From: Candidatus Omnitrophota bacterium
Lineage (GTDB): Bacteria > Omnitrophota > Gorgyraeia > Zapsychrales > Zapsychraceae
Assembly (NCBI GenBank): GCA_050250375.1
Contig: JBFWOS010000001.1
Location: forward strand, 219,346-283,345
Direction of reading: 5' to 3'
DNA: 64,000 nucleotides
Below, in pieces: positions 48,997-58,801 of this stretch. Below the pieces are notes generated by a model. It made no database searches. It worked only from the letters and a program-made list of their open reading frames with translations, and was not told where the DNA came from. The position numbers and the translations under genes are program-made. The stretch's first letter is position 1; each line of letters begins with the position of its first letter.

Positions 48997-50466
48997 CTAA
49001 CTTTCTTTCTTGAAATGCGCCAGCGATTGCTGAAAAGCCGCCAGATCCGTATTGCTGGCAAGCACCAACAAAACATCTCCGCCCTCGATCACTGTTGACC
49101 CGGACGGAATAACAAATTTGTCGTTGCGAGAAACAAGCATGATCAGGCATTTTTCCGGAACGTTTAATTCGCGAATCATTTTGCCGATAGCGTCGGAATT
49201 ATAAGGCACAATGATATCGGTTAGTTCCGCATCAATACCTTCGACTTTCTCAAATTCTATAGGATATGCTTTCCTATCAGGCAAAGGTACATCCAGCTTT
49301 AGCAGTTTTGAAACCAGAGGAATTGATGTGCCCTGAATAAAAACAGAAGCAATAACAATGAAAAACACGATATTAAAAATTGTCTCAGCTTGAGGAATAC
49401 CTGCCGCGAGCGGAAATGTTGCTAAAATGATCGGAACTGATCCCCTCAATCCTACCCACGAAAGCATGATCTTTTTCGGCACGGCGAATTTAAACGGCAG
49501 TAAGCATAGAAAAACGCTTACTGGACGGGCAATGAACATAAGGACAATCATAACCAACAACCCTGTTCCAATAAGCGGAACCAAGTGAGACGGAAAAACG
49601 AGCAACCCTAAAGTCACGAACATGACAATTTGGCTGATCCAAGCCAAACCGTCATGAAACTTCATGATGGATTTCTTATTAGGAAATTCCGCCTGCGCTA
49701 GACCGAGCCCCGTAAGATAGACCGCAAGGATCCCGTTTCCCTTTAAAAGAACAGCAATAACGTAAGTAAACAAGATCAATGAGATTGTTATAACCGGATA
49801 AAGGCTTTCATAATCCAATTTAAGCCGCTTGATAAAGAAAACAATGGCCTTCGCCATTAAATAACCGACAAGCGCTCCCATTCCCATATCCAAAACGAAT
49901 CGCGGAATCAGCGAAACGACCCCTGAGCCTTTTACAGTCAGCAAACTCAACAGACCCATGGTCAAAAAGATAGCCATCGGGTCATTGCTACCGGACTCGA
50001 ATTCCAACAACGGCTTCAATGGTTTTTTCAGGCTGATGCGTTTTGATCTTAGAATAGCGAATACCGCGGCGGCATCTGTGGATGAAACGATAGAACCAAG
50101 CAATATTCCCTCTAACAGGGAAAACTTGAGAATATAAACGGCGAACAACCCGGTAATGATTGCCGTGACCAACACCCCCAAAGTCGAAAGCACAACCCCC
50201 GGGATAACAATGGACTTCGCGTCTTTCCAGTCAGTATCAAGTCCGCCTGAAAAGATAATGAAGATGAGCGCCAAAATACCGATATGCTTTGCCAGTTGAG
50301 CATTATCAAAATAAATTTTGCCAATCCCTTCCGATCCGGCAAGCATCCCAACCGCCAAAAATAACAATAAAACAGGAACCGCGAACTTGTCCGATATCTT
50401 GCTCGAGACAACGCTCGCGAACATTAAAACAGCCGCGCACAATAATATGGTTTCAAATGACCACAT
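48997..50466 (-). CDS. K+/H+ antiporter NhaP2/CvrA with TrkA-C domain
   Basis: SSTDAAAVF, LEFESGSNDP, WVGLRGSVPI. Confidence 0.92.
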   Translation of the reverse strand: MWSFETILLCAAVLMFASVVSSKISDKFAVPVLLLFLAVGMLAGSEGIGKIYFDNAQLAKHIGILALIFIIFSGGLDTDWKDAKSIVIPGVVLSTLGVLVTAIITGLFAVYILKFSLLEGILLGSIVSSTDAAAVFAILRSKRISLKKPLKPLLEFESGSNDPMAIFLTMGLLSLLTVKGSGVVSLIPRFVLDMGMGALVGYLMAKAIVFFIKRLKLDYESLYPVITISLILFTYVIAVLLKGNGILAVYLTGLGLAQAEFPNKKSIMKFHDGLAWISQIVMFVTLGLLVFPSHLVPLIGTGLLVMIVLMFIARPVSVFLCLLPFKFAVPKKIMLSWVGLRGSVPIILATFPLAAGIPQAETIFNIVFFIVIASVFIQGTSIPLVSKLLKLDVPLPDRKAYPIEFEKVEGIDAELTDIIVPYNSDAIGKMIRELNVPEKCLIMLVSRNDKFVIPSGSTVIEGGDVLLVLASNTDLAAFQQSLAHFKKES

Positions 50467-50724
50467 TTAAAAATTCTTCCTTTTGATCTGATCCCTTTGT
50501 CACATTTGGTTGCTGTCTTATAGTGATTACAAACCAGAAGCATTGCTTAATATTATCTTTTGTTTCAATAGTATACGTTGTATGCAAATTGTAGCAAGTC
50601 AAAAGTTACCAGAACATGGCAATATACTTTATTATGCAATCACACTTATCCCCTTTTCAAGTTGTCAATTTGGTATCTTAAATAAAAAATCCGAAAGCAA
50701 AGTGTTCGCTGAATTTTAGCTGTC

Positions 50725-50764
50725 AAAAAGAAAGCCGTTGTAACTCATTGAGCTACAACGGCTT
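50725..50764 (-). terminator. Terminator downstream of tRNA-Asn
   Basis: aagccgttgta-actcattgagc-tacaacggctt with U tract on minus strand. Confidence 0.75.
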
Positions 50765-50808
50765 ATAAAACTCCCCCGCGAGGACTCGAACCTCGGACCC
50801 AGTGGTTA

Positions 50809-51428
50809 CGATCTGACTTCAGTTACCTGAAGAGTCGGACTTTCTCTTCACCGATCATTTCTGATTACGGCGGCGGGTGTAAAGTCTCTGCACTTGCCCT
50901 CCCCGCCACATTGTTTCGCTTTGCTTAAACATGCGAAACAGCGGGGATGCTAGCTCAGGATTGTCCCCAGCGTTTTGATTTGTTTGACTCATCAAAACGA
51001 ATCCGTGGGGATTTCCCTGATTTAGCCCGCTTTTCACTCTGGTGTTTCCACCAGAGGCTGCTAACTTTGAGCATGAAGTTCACGGTGACAGTTCGCGCAT
51101 AACATAATGCACTTATCCAATTCTGCCTTAACTTTATTCCAGCTTCGGGTATACCCTTTTGCGGAAATCGTAAAGTCTTTCTGAACCGGATCAATGTGAT
51201 GAAATTCCAGCGCATCTATACAACGATCATAACCGCAGCGTTCGCATTTCCCACCTTTATATGTCACCGCCATTGCACGTATTTTCTTTCTTCGTGCGTA
51301 AACGGCTTTAATGAGATACTCGCGCCGATCTTTGTATGTACGTTTGTCTTTCTTCACCCGATCACCCCCCTCATGCTTTTGTGTCAATTGAGACACTCGC
51401 CTTGTCTGTTTACAGACAAGGCTCGTGA
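50809..51428 (-). ncRNA. Group I intron (IC3-like core), 620 nt, inserted at anticodon position 35/36
   Basis: P AAATCAGGGAAA, Q AATCCTGAGC, R GTGCAGAGACT, S AAGAGAAAGTCC; terminal G; IGS GTTAGCAGCC. Confidence 0.92.
51061..51357 (-). CDS. Intron-encoded HNH endonuclease (98 aa from GTG)
   Basis: CERC...LEFHH...LCANCHRELH; G-rich SD before GTG 51357. Confidence 0.88.
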   Translation of the reverse strand: MKKDKRTYKDRREYLIKAVYARRKKIRAMAVTYKGGKCERCGYDRCIDALEFHHIDPVQKDFTISAKGYTRSWNKVKAELDKCIMLCANCHRELHAQS

Positions 51429-51717
51429 ACAGCCACTTGCTCTACCAACTGAGCTACAGGGGAATAAATCTGTAAATTTTTTTAAAGAACAACTTCCCCT
51501 GGATTCCATGATTCTTAAGGGAAAATCCGTGCGGGGGAACGCAACCTGTTTGACAGGAATATAATCACAAGATTATATCTAAATACTCTGAAAAGTCAAC
51601 TGTCTAATTCAGACAAAATGACCGGCCATGAAGGCTGCCCTTTATTCCAGATTTTGTTTGGCAATCCCGCCCGCCTGCTTTACAATATGACCATTAATCT
51701 TATAAAATAAATTTCAT

Positions 51718-53898
51718 ATGATTTTTTTCGCCATCAATGTTTTTTTATCCGCGTTCCTGCTCTTTCAGATTGAGCTGATCATCGCCAATTTTTACCTGCC
51801 GATCTACGGCGGGAGTTACGCGGTGTGGGGGTCCTGCGTCGTCTTCTTCCAGACCGTGCTTCTGCTGGGATATTGTTTCGCCAAGTTTATTCCCGAAAAA
51901 ATCGGACTGTTTAATTACCGCAAATTCCACATCCTCTTCATGGCCCTCCCGCTGTTGTTTTTCCCGGGGCGCCCGCTGAAGATTTTCACTTTCAACGAAT
52001 CTTTGCCCATCACCTTTAACATCTTTGCCCAGCTGTTCCTCAATATCGGCGCGGTGTTTTTTGTGCTTTCCTCCTTGAGCGTGGTCAACCAGGTCTGGTT
52101 ATCCAAAACCAAACTCCAGACCAAAACCGATCCGTACATCCTGTTTTCCATCTCGAACCTCGGTTCATTCGGGGGACTCCTGACTTACCCGTTCTTTTTC
52201 GAAGAGCATTTCGGCGTTCAGCAGCAGCTGTTGTTCTGGAGGATCGGATATCTGTGTTTAATCGCCATTAACGTGTTTATCATGCTGCGCTTCAAAGTCC
52301 CGAAAGAAGAAAAAATTGCCGCAGCCCCGCTGGAACCGGTGGAACCCCGGACCATCATCCGCTGGCTTTTGTTGAGCGCGGCGGGCGTCGCGTTCTTTTT
52401 ATCCGTCACGAATGTGATCACGCTTGAAATTGTGCCCATGCCGCTTTTGTGGGTCATCCCCCTTTGTATTTACCTGATTTCTTTCACCTTCAATTTTAAA
52501 AGAAACCCGTGGTGCCCGTCCTGGATTGTGGACAAAATCCACATTTTCATCGGACTGGGAATTTTTATTCACTTCCTGGGCCAGAAAAAGACCATGCAGT
52601 TCCTGGTGGTCGCCGCGGTTTATTTCTTCCTGCTCTTTGTGTACTGCATGTACTGCCAGCGGGAACTCTACCGCACACGCCCCGGGACCGGGCGGCTGCC
52701 GTTTTTTTATGTGATCAACGCGCTCGGCGGATTTATCGGCGGGGTCTTTGTCAGCTGGATCGTCCCTTTGATCAATGATTCGCTGATTGAATTCATGTAT
52801 TCCCTTTTACTGCTGGCCCTGGCGCTCTGTGCCGGACCGCAACGCAAAAAGGCGGGTTTGTTTGACTGGATCCTGCTGGCGGGTTTATTCATCGTCATCT
52901 GGGGATATCCGCAAATCTTCACCGGGTACAGTTTGATCGGTTTGGCCCTGCTCGTTTTAAGTTATATTTATGTCTTCAGCCAGTGGCGGGAAAAATACAC
53001 CCTGATCGTGACCAGCCTGGTGCTGGTCATCGCCCTTAAATCGGTCGTCGGGTTTTACTGGCGGGTCAGGGATTTCACCTTCAGCCACCGCAACTATTAC
53101 GGCATTTACCATATTTATGTCGAAGATCAGAAAAAATATCTCCTGCACGGACAGATCATCCACGGCCTGCAATATGTCGACCCGGCCAAAGAAATGATCC
53201 CGCTCTTGTATTATCATCCGCAGTCCACCTACGGGGACCTCTTCACCTCGGACCGGTTCCATTTTAAGAATGTGGGGATCATCGGGCTGGGCATCGGAGT
53301 GCTGGCCGCCTACGCCAACCCCGGCCAGACCTACGATTTCTTCGAACTGGATTACGATGATTACCTGATCGCCAACAAATATTTTACGTTCCTCAAAAAC
53401 GCCCGGGGCAAGATCAATCATTACATCGGCGACGCCCGCCTGCGCATTGAAGACGCCCCGACCGATCATTACGACCTGTTTGTCGTGGACGCGTTTACCG
53501 GGGATTCGATCCCCAGCCATTTGATCACTTACGAGGCTGTCGAGCGTTACCGGCATCACCTCAAGAAAGACGGGATCATCTTCTTTCATATCAGCAACCG
53601 GTACCTGAGGCTCGGGCCCGTTCTGGGGCGCATCGCCGGAGAACTGGGCGCTTATTTCGCCTGGCAGCAGAAAATCCCGGAATCGGACAATGTGTTCGCG
53701 GCGACATGCGTGGCCATGACGTGGGACAAAGAAAAATACGATATCCTGGTCAACCACCTCCACTGGGATAAGATTGATACGTCCAAGACCGGTAAACAGC
53801 GTTTGTGGACGGACGATTATTCAAACATTTTATCGATTCTGAAGCTGGATACGATTTGGAAAAGTTTTACCCATTTTGATTATCTTAAATTGTTTTAG
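51718..53898 (+). CDS. Membrane protein fused to spermidine-synthase-like SAM domain
   Basis: About 13 TMs; IIGLGIG, GDARL, VDAFTGDSIPSHL, WTDDYSN. Confidence 0.88.
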   Translation: MIFFAINVFLSAFLLFQIELIIANFYLPIYGGSYAVWGSCVVFFQTVLLLGYCFAKFIPEKIGLFNYRKFHILFMALPLLFFPGRPLKIFTFNESLPITFNIFAQLFLNIGAVFFVLSSLSVVNQVWLSKTKLQTKTDPYILFSISNLGSFGGLLTYPFFFEEHFGVQQQLLFWRIGYLCLIAINVFIMLRFKVPKEEKIAAAPLEPVEPRTIIRWLLLSAAGVAFFLSVTNVITLEIVPMPLLWVIPLCIYLISFTFNFKRNPWCPSWIVDKIHIFIGLGIFIHFLGQKKTMQFLVVAAVYFFLLFVYCMYCQRELYRTRPGTGRLPFFYVINALGGFIGGVFVSWIVPLINDSLIEFMYSLLLLALALCAGPQRKKAGLFDWILLAGLFIVIWGYPQIFTGYSLIGLALLVLSYIYVFSQWREKYTLIVTSLVLVIALKSVVGFYWRVRDFTFSHRNYYGIYHIYVEDQKKYLLHGQIIHGLQYVDPAKEMIPLLYYHPQSTYGDLFTSDRFHFKNVGIIGLGIGVLAAYANPGQTYDFFELDYDDYLIANKYFTFLKNARGKINHYIGDARLRIEDAPTDHYDLFVVDAFTGDSIPSHLITYEAVERYRHHLKKDGIIFFHISNRYLRLGPVLGRIAGELGAYFAWQQKIPESDNVFAATCVAMTWDKEKYDILVNHLHWDKIDTSKTGKQRLWTDDYSNILSILKLDTIWKSFTHFDYLKLF

Positions 53899-53943
53899 GC
53901 AGGCCTATTTCACGACCCCATTATAAACCTTAAGGAGGATACC

Positions 53944-54204
53944 ATGATCAAAGAAACGTGTTTAATCGATTTTATTGACGGGACATCCATGCGGTTTGAA
54001 TTCCAGGTGGACGGCAGCGACACGATGAGCGTCGCCAACGAGATCCACCGCATTGCGGACAGCCCCACGTTGTGTTTTGAGATTGACAACAAGCTGGTCT
54101 TTCTGCCGACCGCGAACATCCGCTCGATTGAAGTTTATCCGGCCCCGGCCAAGATCCCGTCGAATGTGCTGCGCGGCGCAACCAGCCTCGGAAACCGGCA
54201 ATAA
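53944..54204 (+). CDS. Small hypothetical protein
   Basis: SD aaggagg; compact beta-rich ORF. Confidence 0.7.
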   Translation: MIKETCLIDFIDGTSMRFEFQVDGSDTMSVANEIHRIADSPTLCFEIDNKLVFLPTANIRSIEVYPAPAKIPSNVLRGATSLGNRQ

Positions 54205-54209
54205 CGTCT

Positions 54210-55397
54210 ATGCCTGGTTCAGACACGTTATACCCGACGAAATATTACCCCTTTCTGGACGGCCTGCGGGCCCTGTCGATTATATGGGTCATTAGCCATC
54301 ATATTCTTGTTTTTTTTGACCCGAGCGCGCTGGGCAAACCCTGGTTTATCCCGGTCCTTCTTTATGCCAAGATGGGCATGTTAGGGGTGGATATGTTTTT
54401 TGTCATCAGCGGTTTTCTGATCACCGGCCTGCTCTTAAACGACCTTGAAAACAAGGTCCGTCTTAAACGGTTCTATTTACGCCGGATGTTTAAAATCATC
54501 CCCTCTTATCTTTTGGCCGTATTGGGGGGGCTTCTTGTCCTTCATTTTTATCATGAGACGACTGTGTACAATTATGGAATTAAGGATTTCAACGATGGCA
54601 CGGTGCATTTCTTCAGAGGGAAAAGCATCATCAAGGCCAATTGGTCCCTGGTCTCAAACTACCTGCTGTTTATCCAGAATTATAAACGTCATCTCTTTAC
54701 CCTCGCGCACACCTGGTCCATCGCCGTTGAGGAGCATTTTTACCTGGGATACCCGCTGATTTTATGGGGAATTACCGCGTTCATAAAAAAGATCAGCCAC
54801 CGCCGTATCGCCCTTGTCTTGATCTTGTTATTATTAACCGCGGAAGTTTATTATTACCGTTTCTGGTGTATTGCCAACATGTTCAACCCGCCTTTTCAGA
54901 CCACTCTTTTCCGGATTGATGCCCTGATCTTCGGATGTCTTCTGCGGATCTTTGAACCGGCGATGCTGAAATTATTTTCCGGGAAAAAATTTCCCTATTC
55001 CTTAATGGCCCTGTTCATCGGATTGGCGTTTTATTGTTCGCTTTTTCTCGCTTCTTATATCAATTATTCATACACGCAGAGACCTTCGACCATCACACTC
55101 TATTATTATGCCGCGTATTATCTCGCCCCGGGCTTTGTGATCATCTCGGCGCTCCTTGGATTTAAACCGTTACTGGCTGTCCTGCAGAACAAATTCTTAA
55201 TCGGGATCGGTAAACAATCCTACGGCACTTATTTGTGGCATTATGTATTGATCCTTCCCTTTATAAGCCTGCAAAAATGGGTCCCTTCCCCGGTGGTTAT
55301 ATGTCTTTATTTTGGGTGTTCCCTTCTCGTCGGGTTCCTGAGCACCATTACGGTTGAGCGTTATTTTCTTAACTTACGCAGAAAATGGGCTCCTTAA
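54210..55397 (+). CDS. Acyltransferase-3 (OafA-like)
   Basis: LDGLRA, GVDMFFVISGFLI, HTWSIAVEEHFY. Confidence 0.92.
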   Translation: MPGSDTLYPTKYYPFLDGLRALSIIWVISHHILVFFDPSALGKPWFIPVLLYAKMGMLGVDMFFVISGFLITGLLLNDLENKVRLKRFYLRRMFKIIPSYLLAVLGGLLVLHFYHETTVYNYGIKDFNDGTVHFFRGKSIIKANWSLVSNYLLFIQNYKRHLFTLAHTWSIAVEEHFYLGYPLILWGITAFIKKISHRRIALVLILLLLTAEVYYYRFWCIANMFNPPFQTTLFRIDALIFGCLLRIFEPAMLKLFSGKKFPYSLMALFIGLAFYCSLFLASYINYSYTQRPSTITLYYYAAYYLAPGFVIISALLGFKPLLAVLQNKFLIGIGKQSYGTYLWHYVLILPFISLQKWVPSPVVICLYFGCSLLVGFLSTITVERYFLNLRRKWAP

Positions 55398-57160
55398 GCA
55401 TGCCTCCCCATCCCTTTAGTTTTAAACGCCTTATTATTTTAATATTCTTAACATTAATCACGTACAGCCCGGTTTTGTTTAACGGATTCGTCGGGGATGA
55501 TGAAGTCATCTTCCTCAAGAATGATTTTTACCATTCCATCGGCAATATTAAAGTCCTGTTTTCGAAGGATTATGTCACGGACCTGTCCCAGTATCACGGC
55601 AGCAAAGACGGGCGTTATCACGGCACGGGGGAGTGGTCGTACCGTCCGGTGCGCACCGCCTCTTATTTTCTGGATGCTTATCTGTACAAGTTCAACCCGT
55701 TCGGTTATCACCTGACCAACCTGCTGCTGCATACCGGCGCGGTGATCTTTTTGTATCTGGCCCTGCTTTATCTTTTGCCGTCGACCGCCGCGGCTTTTTT
55801 GACCGCACTGCTGTTCAGCCTTCATCCACTTCATCTGGAGGCCGTCGCCGGGATCAGTTACCGGACCGATACCCTGGCGGCCCTGTTTACGTTCGGGGCG
55901 TTTTGTTTTTATCTGAAACATGAACGACAGCCCGGTGAACAGATTCACGGGTTCCGGTACTTGTTCCTCTCCCTGCTGTTTTATATATTGGGAATTCTTT
56001 CCAAAGAGTCGGTGATTATTTTTCCGCTGATCATTTTTTTCCACGGCCTACTCGTGTCCAAAACCGGATTCGGCCGGGCTTTCGCGCGCGCGTCCGGATT
56101 TATCCTGATTGCCGCCATCTATCTCGTCCTGTATTTTTATGTCTTTAAAAATTCGTTTATCGGGAATGTCCCTTTTTCCCGTGAACCGTGGATGCCCCGC
56201 CTGATCACCTCGGGTGTCATCCTGGTCCATTACCTGACCTGGATTGTGTTTCCGCAGCAAGTCCATCTCTTGCCCGGATTGTTTACCCCGGCCGCCGGCT
56301 CTCTTACTGCCATCCCTTATTTACCGGCCGGTCTATGTTTGGCGGTTGCTGGCATTCTCCTGTGGACGGACAAGGAACGGCGCGCGACGGCGGTTTTCTT
56401 TTTATTATGGTTTCTGACGGCCTATCTTCCGGTATCCAACATCATCGCGCTGGCCAATCCGTGCGCCCACCGGTTCATGTATTTTCCGTCCGCGGGTATC
56501 TTCGCCCTCTTGTCGATGGCGATCATCCGCCTGACCCAGTCCCCAAAAGTTGCGGCGGTTTTGCCCCGTCTTCAGAACATGATTTTTTTCCTGCTCACCG
56601 GCCTGCTCATGATCCAGACCCTGCCGATGGCTTTTTTCTGGAAAAACAATCTGTCTGTGGCCACCCAGTGGGTTAAACACTATCCCGGATTTTTTAAAGG
56701 TTACGAAGTCCTCGCCCTGGAATATTTCAAACAACTCGACTGTGAGCGGACCCTCGGTTACGCCGGCAAAGCGATCACCCTCAACCCGTCGGTGGACCCG
56801 CGCATGCATTATGTCAAAGGCAGTTGTCTTGATTTGAATCATCCGGATAAGGAAGGTCAGCTTTTAAAGGCCGTTGACTACCAGCCCAATTTTATGCAGG
56901 CCCATTTTGAACTGGGAAAATTGTATTTTTCCCGCGGAGATTTTACCGGAGCTCTTCAGTCCTTTGAAACCGCCTATGCCCTGGCCCCGCAGTTCAACAC
57001 ATCCATTTACCTCATCAGGACATACCTGGCCCTGGGGCAGAGAAAAACGGCCGAACGGTTCTATTCCGACCTGTACGAAGAGAGCAAAGACAAAAGACAA
57101 AAACGATATCTGGATGAATTTTTCCTGAAGAGTTTTAGTGAATTCAGCCCTGTTCCATAA
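55385..57160 (+). CDS. TMTC-like GT-C glycosyltransferase with TPRs
   Basis: FVGDD, YRPV, GYHLTNLLLH, SKES, RFMYFP; C-terminal TPRs. Confidence 0.85.
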   Translation: MGSLSMPPHPFSFKRLIILIFLTLITYSPVLFNGFVGDDEVIFLKNDFYHSIGNIKVLFSKDYVTDLSQYHGSKDGRYHGTGEWSYRPVRTASYFLDAYLYKFNPFGYHLTNLLLHTGAVIFLYLALLYLLPSTAAAFLTALLFSLHPLHLEAVAGISYRTDTLAALFTFGAFCFYLKHERQPGEQIHGFRYLFLSLLFYILGILSKESVIIFPLIIFFHGLLVSKTGFGRAFARASGFILIAAIYLVLYFYVFKNSFIGNVPFSREPWMPRLITSGVILVHYLTWIVFPQQVHLLPGLFTPAAGSLTAIPYLPAGLCLAVAGILLWTDKERRATAVFFLLWFLTAYLPVSNIIALANPCAHRFMYFPSAGIFALLSMAIIRLTQSPKVAAVLPRLQNMIFFLLTGLLMIQTLPMAFFWKNNLSVATQWVKHYPGFFKGYEVLALEYFKQLDCERTLGYAGKAITLNPSVDPRMHYVKGSCLDLNHPDKEGQLLKAVDYQPNFMQAHFELGKLYFSRGDFTGALQSFETAYALAPQFNTSIYLIRTYLALGQRKTAERFYSDLYEESKDKRQKRYLDEFFLKSFSEFSPVP

Positions 57161-57193
57161 AAAAAGGCCACCCGTTGCGGGTGGCCTAATTTT
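57160..57193. terminator. Intrinsic terminator
   Basis: aggccacccg-ttg-cgggtggcct. Confidence 0.8.
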
Positions 57194-57422
57194 GAGGGTT
57201 GATACTAGCTGCAAAAAACATTATATCCATTTTCCAGACGCTGTAAATCAACTGGTTTGTCAAACCCTGGTAATAAATTGCTTCCTTGTGTTCCTGCGGG
57301 ATGTATCAGTGAGTCCGGGTCTGTCACCTTGACGAAAATTCCCCTTTGTTATAGATTGAACTCTCCTGATGTAAACCCCGGCCCGGACATTCTGGCCGAC
57401 ATTAACCTGACACCTGAATTTA

Positions 57423-57971
57423 ATGATGAAAAAATACTTCGCCTGGTTTTTAACCGCAGGATTAATTTTACTTCCCGTTCAGGCGGTCGCCGCACAAAAA
57501 GACGACGCCAGGATCCTGGTTAACGGGTACCTCCTGGCCTTCCGGGATAAAAATGAATCCGGAATGAATGAGATCTACGACCGGATCTGGAAAGATCCGG
57601 CCGTTCTCGCGCTGGTTCAAGAGAACCATCCGCGGGAATACGCGCTGATCAATTTACGGACGATATTACGCCGGATTGATGACCTGGAAAGGCGTTATGG
57701 GCAAGGAACCGCCGCTCTCCCGTCTCCTTCCGGATCCCGGACAATCATCTTTACATCGTCCGATAACACCTCCGGAACATTGCTGGGGAACAGGGGGAAC
57801 CGTTCCTTAACAACCGGTTACCCCAATCAATACCGCTTGTCCAACCAAAGCCGGTCCCATTTATCCAACAGCCGCATCCGCCGGACAAATACCGACACAG
57901 TCAGGGCTTATTCCAATCAGGACCGCACCCGTCATCAAAGCAACCAGCAAAGGCTGCGCGGCCGCCGGTAA
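57423..57971 (+). CDS. Secreted protein with basic SNQ-repeat tail
   Basis: Signal peptide; repeated SNQ/SNS/TNT motifs. Confidence 0.65.
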   Translation: MMKKYFAWFLTAGLILLPVQAVAAQKDDARILVNGYLLAFRDKNESGMNEIYDRIWKDPAVLALVQENHPREYALINLRTILRRIDDLERRYGQGTAALPSPSGSRTIIFTSSDNTSGTLLGNRGNRSLTTGYPNQYRLSNQSRSHLSNSRIRRTNTDTVRAYSNQDRTRHQSNQQRLRGRR

Positions 57972-57991
57972 CGGGATTCCTAGACCTGGCC

Positions 57992-58726
57992 TTATTGCTG
58001 CCGTCCCAAATCCGCGTTGGGCAGAACCTGCAGCTGCTCAAAGGAATTGATGATCTTCATAATGTCCTGCCGGTTAACGGTATTCTTGAACCGTTCAATC
58101 ACGTACGGGAACCTTAACAATTTACACACGAGCGCCAGCAAACGGACGTGGCTGCATTCATCCGGGGAACAAAGCAGAAAAAACAAGTGCACTTTTTTCT
58201 TGTCCGGAGCGTCGAAGTCAACCCCCGGGATTGATTTTGCCAGAATAACCTTCGGTTCCGCAAAAAGAATTCTTTGGGGAAACCGGGCGTGCGGCAGGGC
58301 TGCTCCGTTACCGATCCCGGTCGACATCTGCTTTTCGCGGTTTTCCAGTTCAATATACAAACTTTCATAAGAAGACGTCACCCTGTTCTCAAAGGCGATC
58401 CGGGCCAGTTTAGACAGGACCTGTTTTTTATTCTGCGCTTTAATATCCAGGTCGATCAACGACTCGCTGATCATCCGGCTTAACGGCAACGGTTTTTCCT
58501 GGGTGTTGATAATCAGATCCAGATCATTCCGGTCGGATTCAATGAGTTGTTTCTGGATCTGATGGTCAATGGCCACCAGGTGTCTGGGAGGAAAATCCGT
58601 TACCTCCGACTTGGCCAGTTTGGCGTATTGGTCCAGCGCCCCTCTGGTCCGGCGTTCGTACATTTTTATATATTGGGCTATTTCATGGGCTGTCATAATT
58701 CGATTGGTTTCCATATGGACCTCCAT
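57992..58726 (-). CDS. PTS EIIA (PtsN-like) with degenerate N-terminal HTH
   Basis: REKQMSTGIGNGAALPHAR, FDAPDKKKVHLFF. Confidence 0.85.
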   Translation of the reverse strand: MEVHMETNRIMTAHEIAQYIKMYERRTRGALDQYAKLAKSEVTDFPPRHLVAIDHQIQKQLIESDRNDLDLIINTQEKPLPLSRMISESLIDLDIKAQNKKQVLSKLARIAFENRVTSSYESLYIELENREKQMSTGIGNGAALPHARFPQRILFAEPKVILAKSIPGVDFDAPDKKKVHLFFLLCSPDECSHVRLLALVCKLLRFPYVIERFKNTVNRQDIMKIINSFEQLQVLPNADLGRQQ

Positions 58727-58801
58727 CCATTAAAAAACAATTCTCCCGGTTCATAAAGTAAGCAATACCGGGCTGTTTAATTTAGGTGACTGTGATTGGA
58801 A

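Larger units (their letters stand above)
45157..50787. mobile_element. tRNA-Asn-anchored island remnant with no intact integrase
   Basis: Bounded by 18-bp direct repeats; lower GC; ion-transport cargo. Confidence 0.6.
50771..51463 (-). tRNA. tRNA-Asn(GUU), exons 51429-51463 and 50771-50808, CCA not encoded
   Basis: Spliced 73-nt cloverleaf TCCCCTGTAGCTCAGTTGGTAGAGCAAGTGGCTGT|TAACCACTGGGTCCGAGGTTCGAGTCCTCGCGGGGGAG. Confidence 0.93.

Noticed and set aside
50855-51215. Short ORFs 50855-51037 and 50955-51215
   Set aside because: They overlap the intron catalytic core or the HNH gene; spurious.
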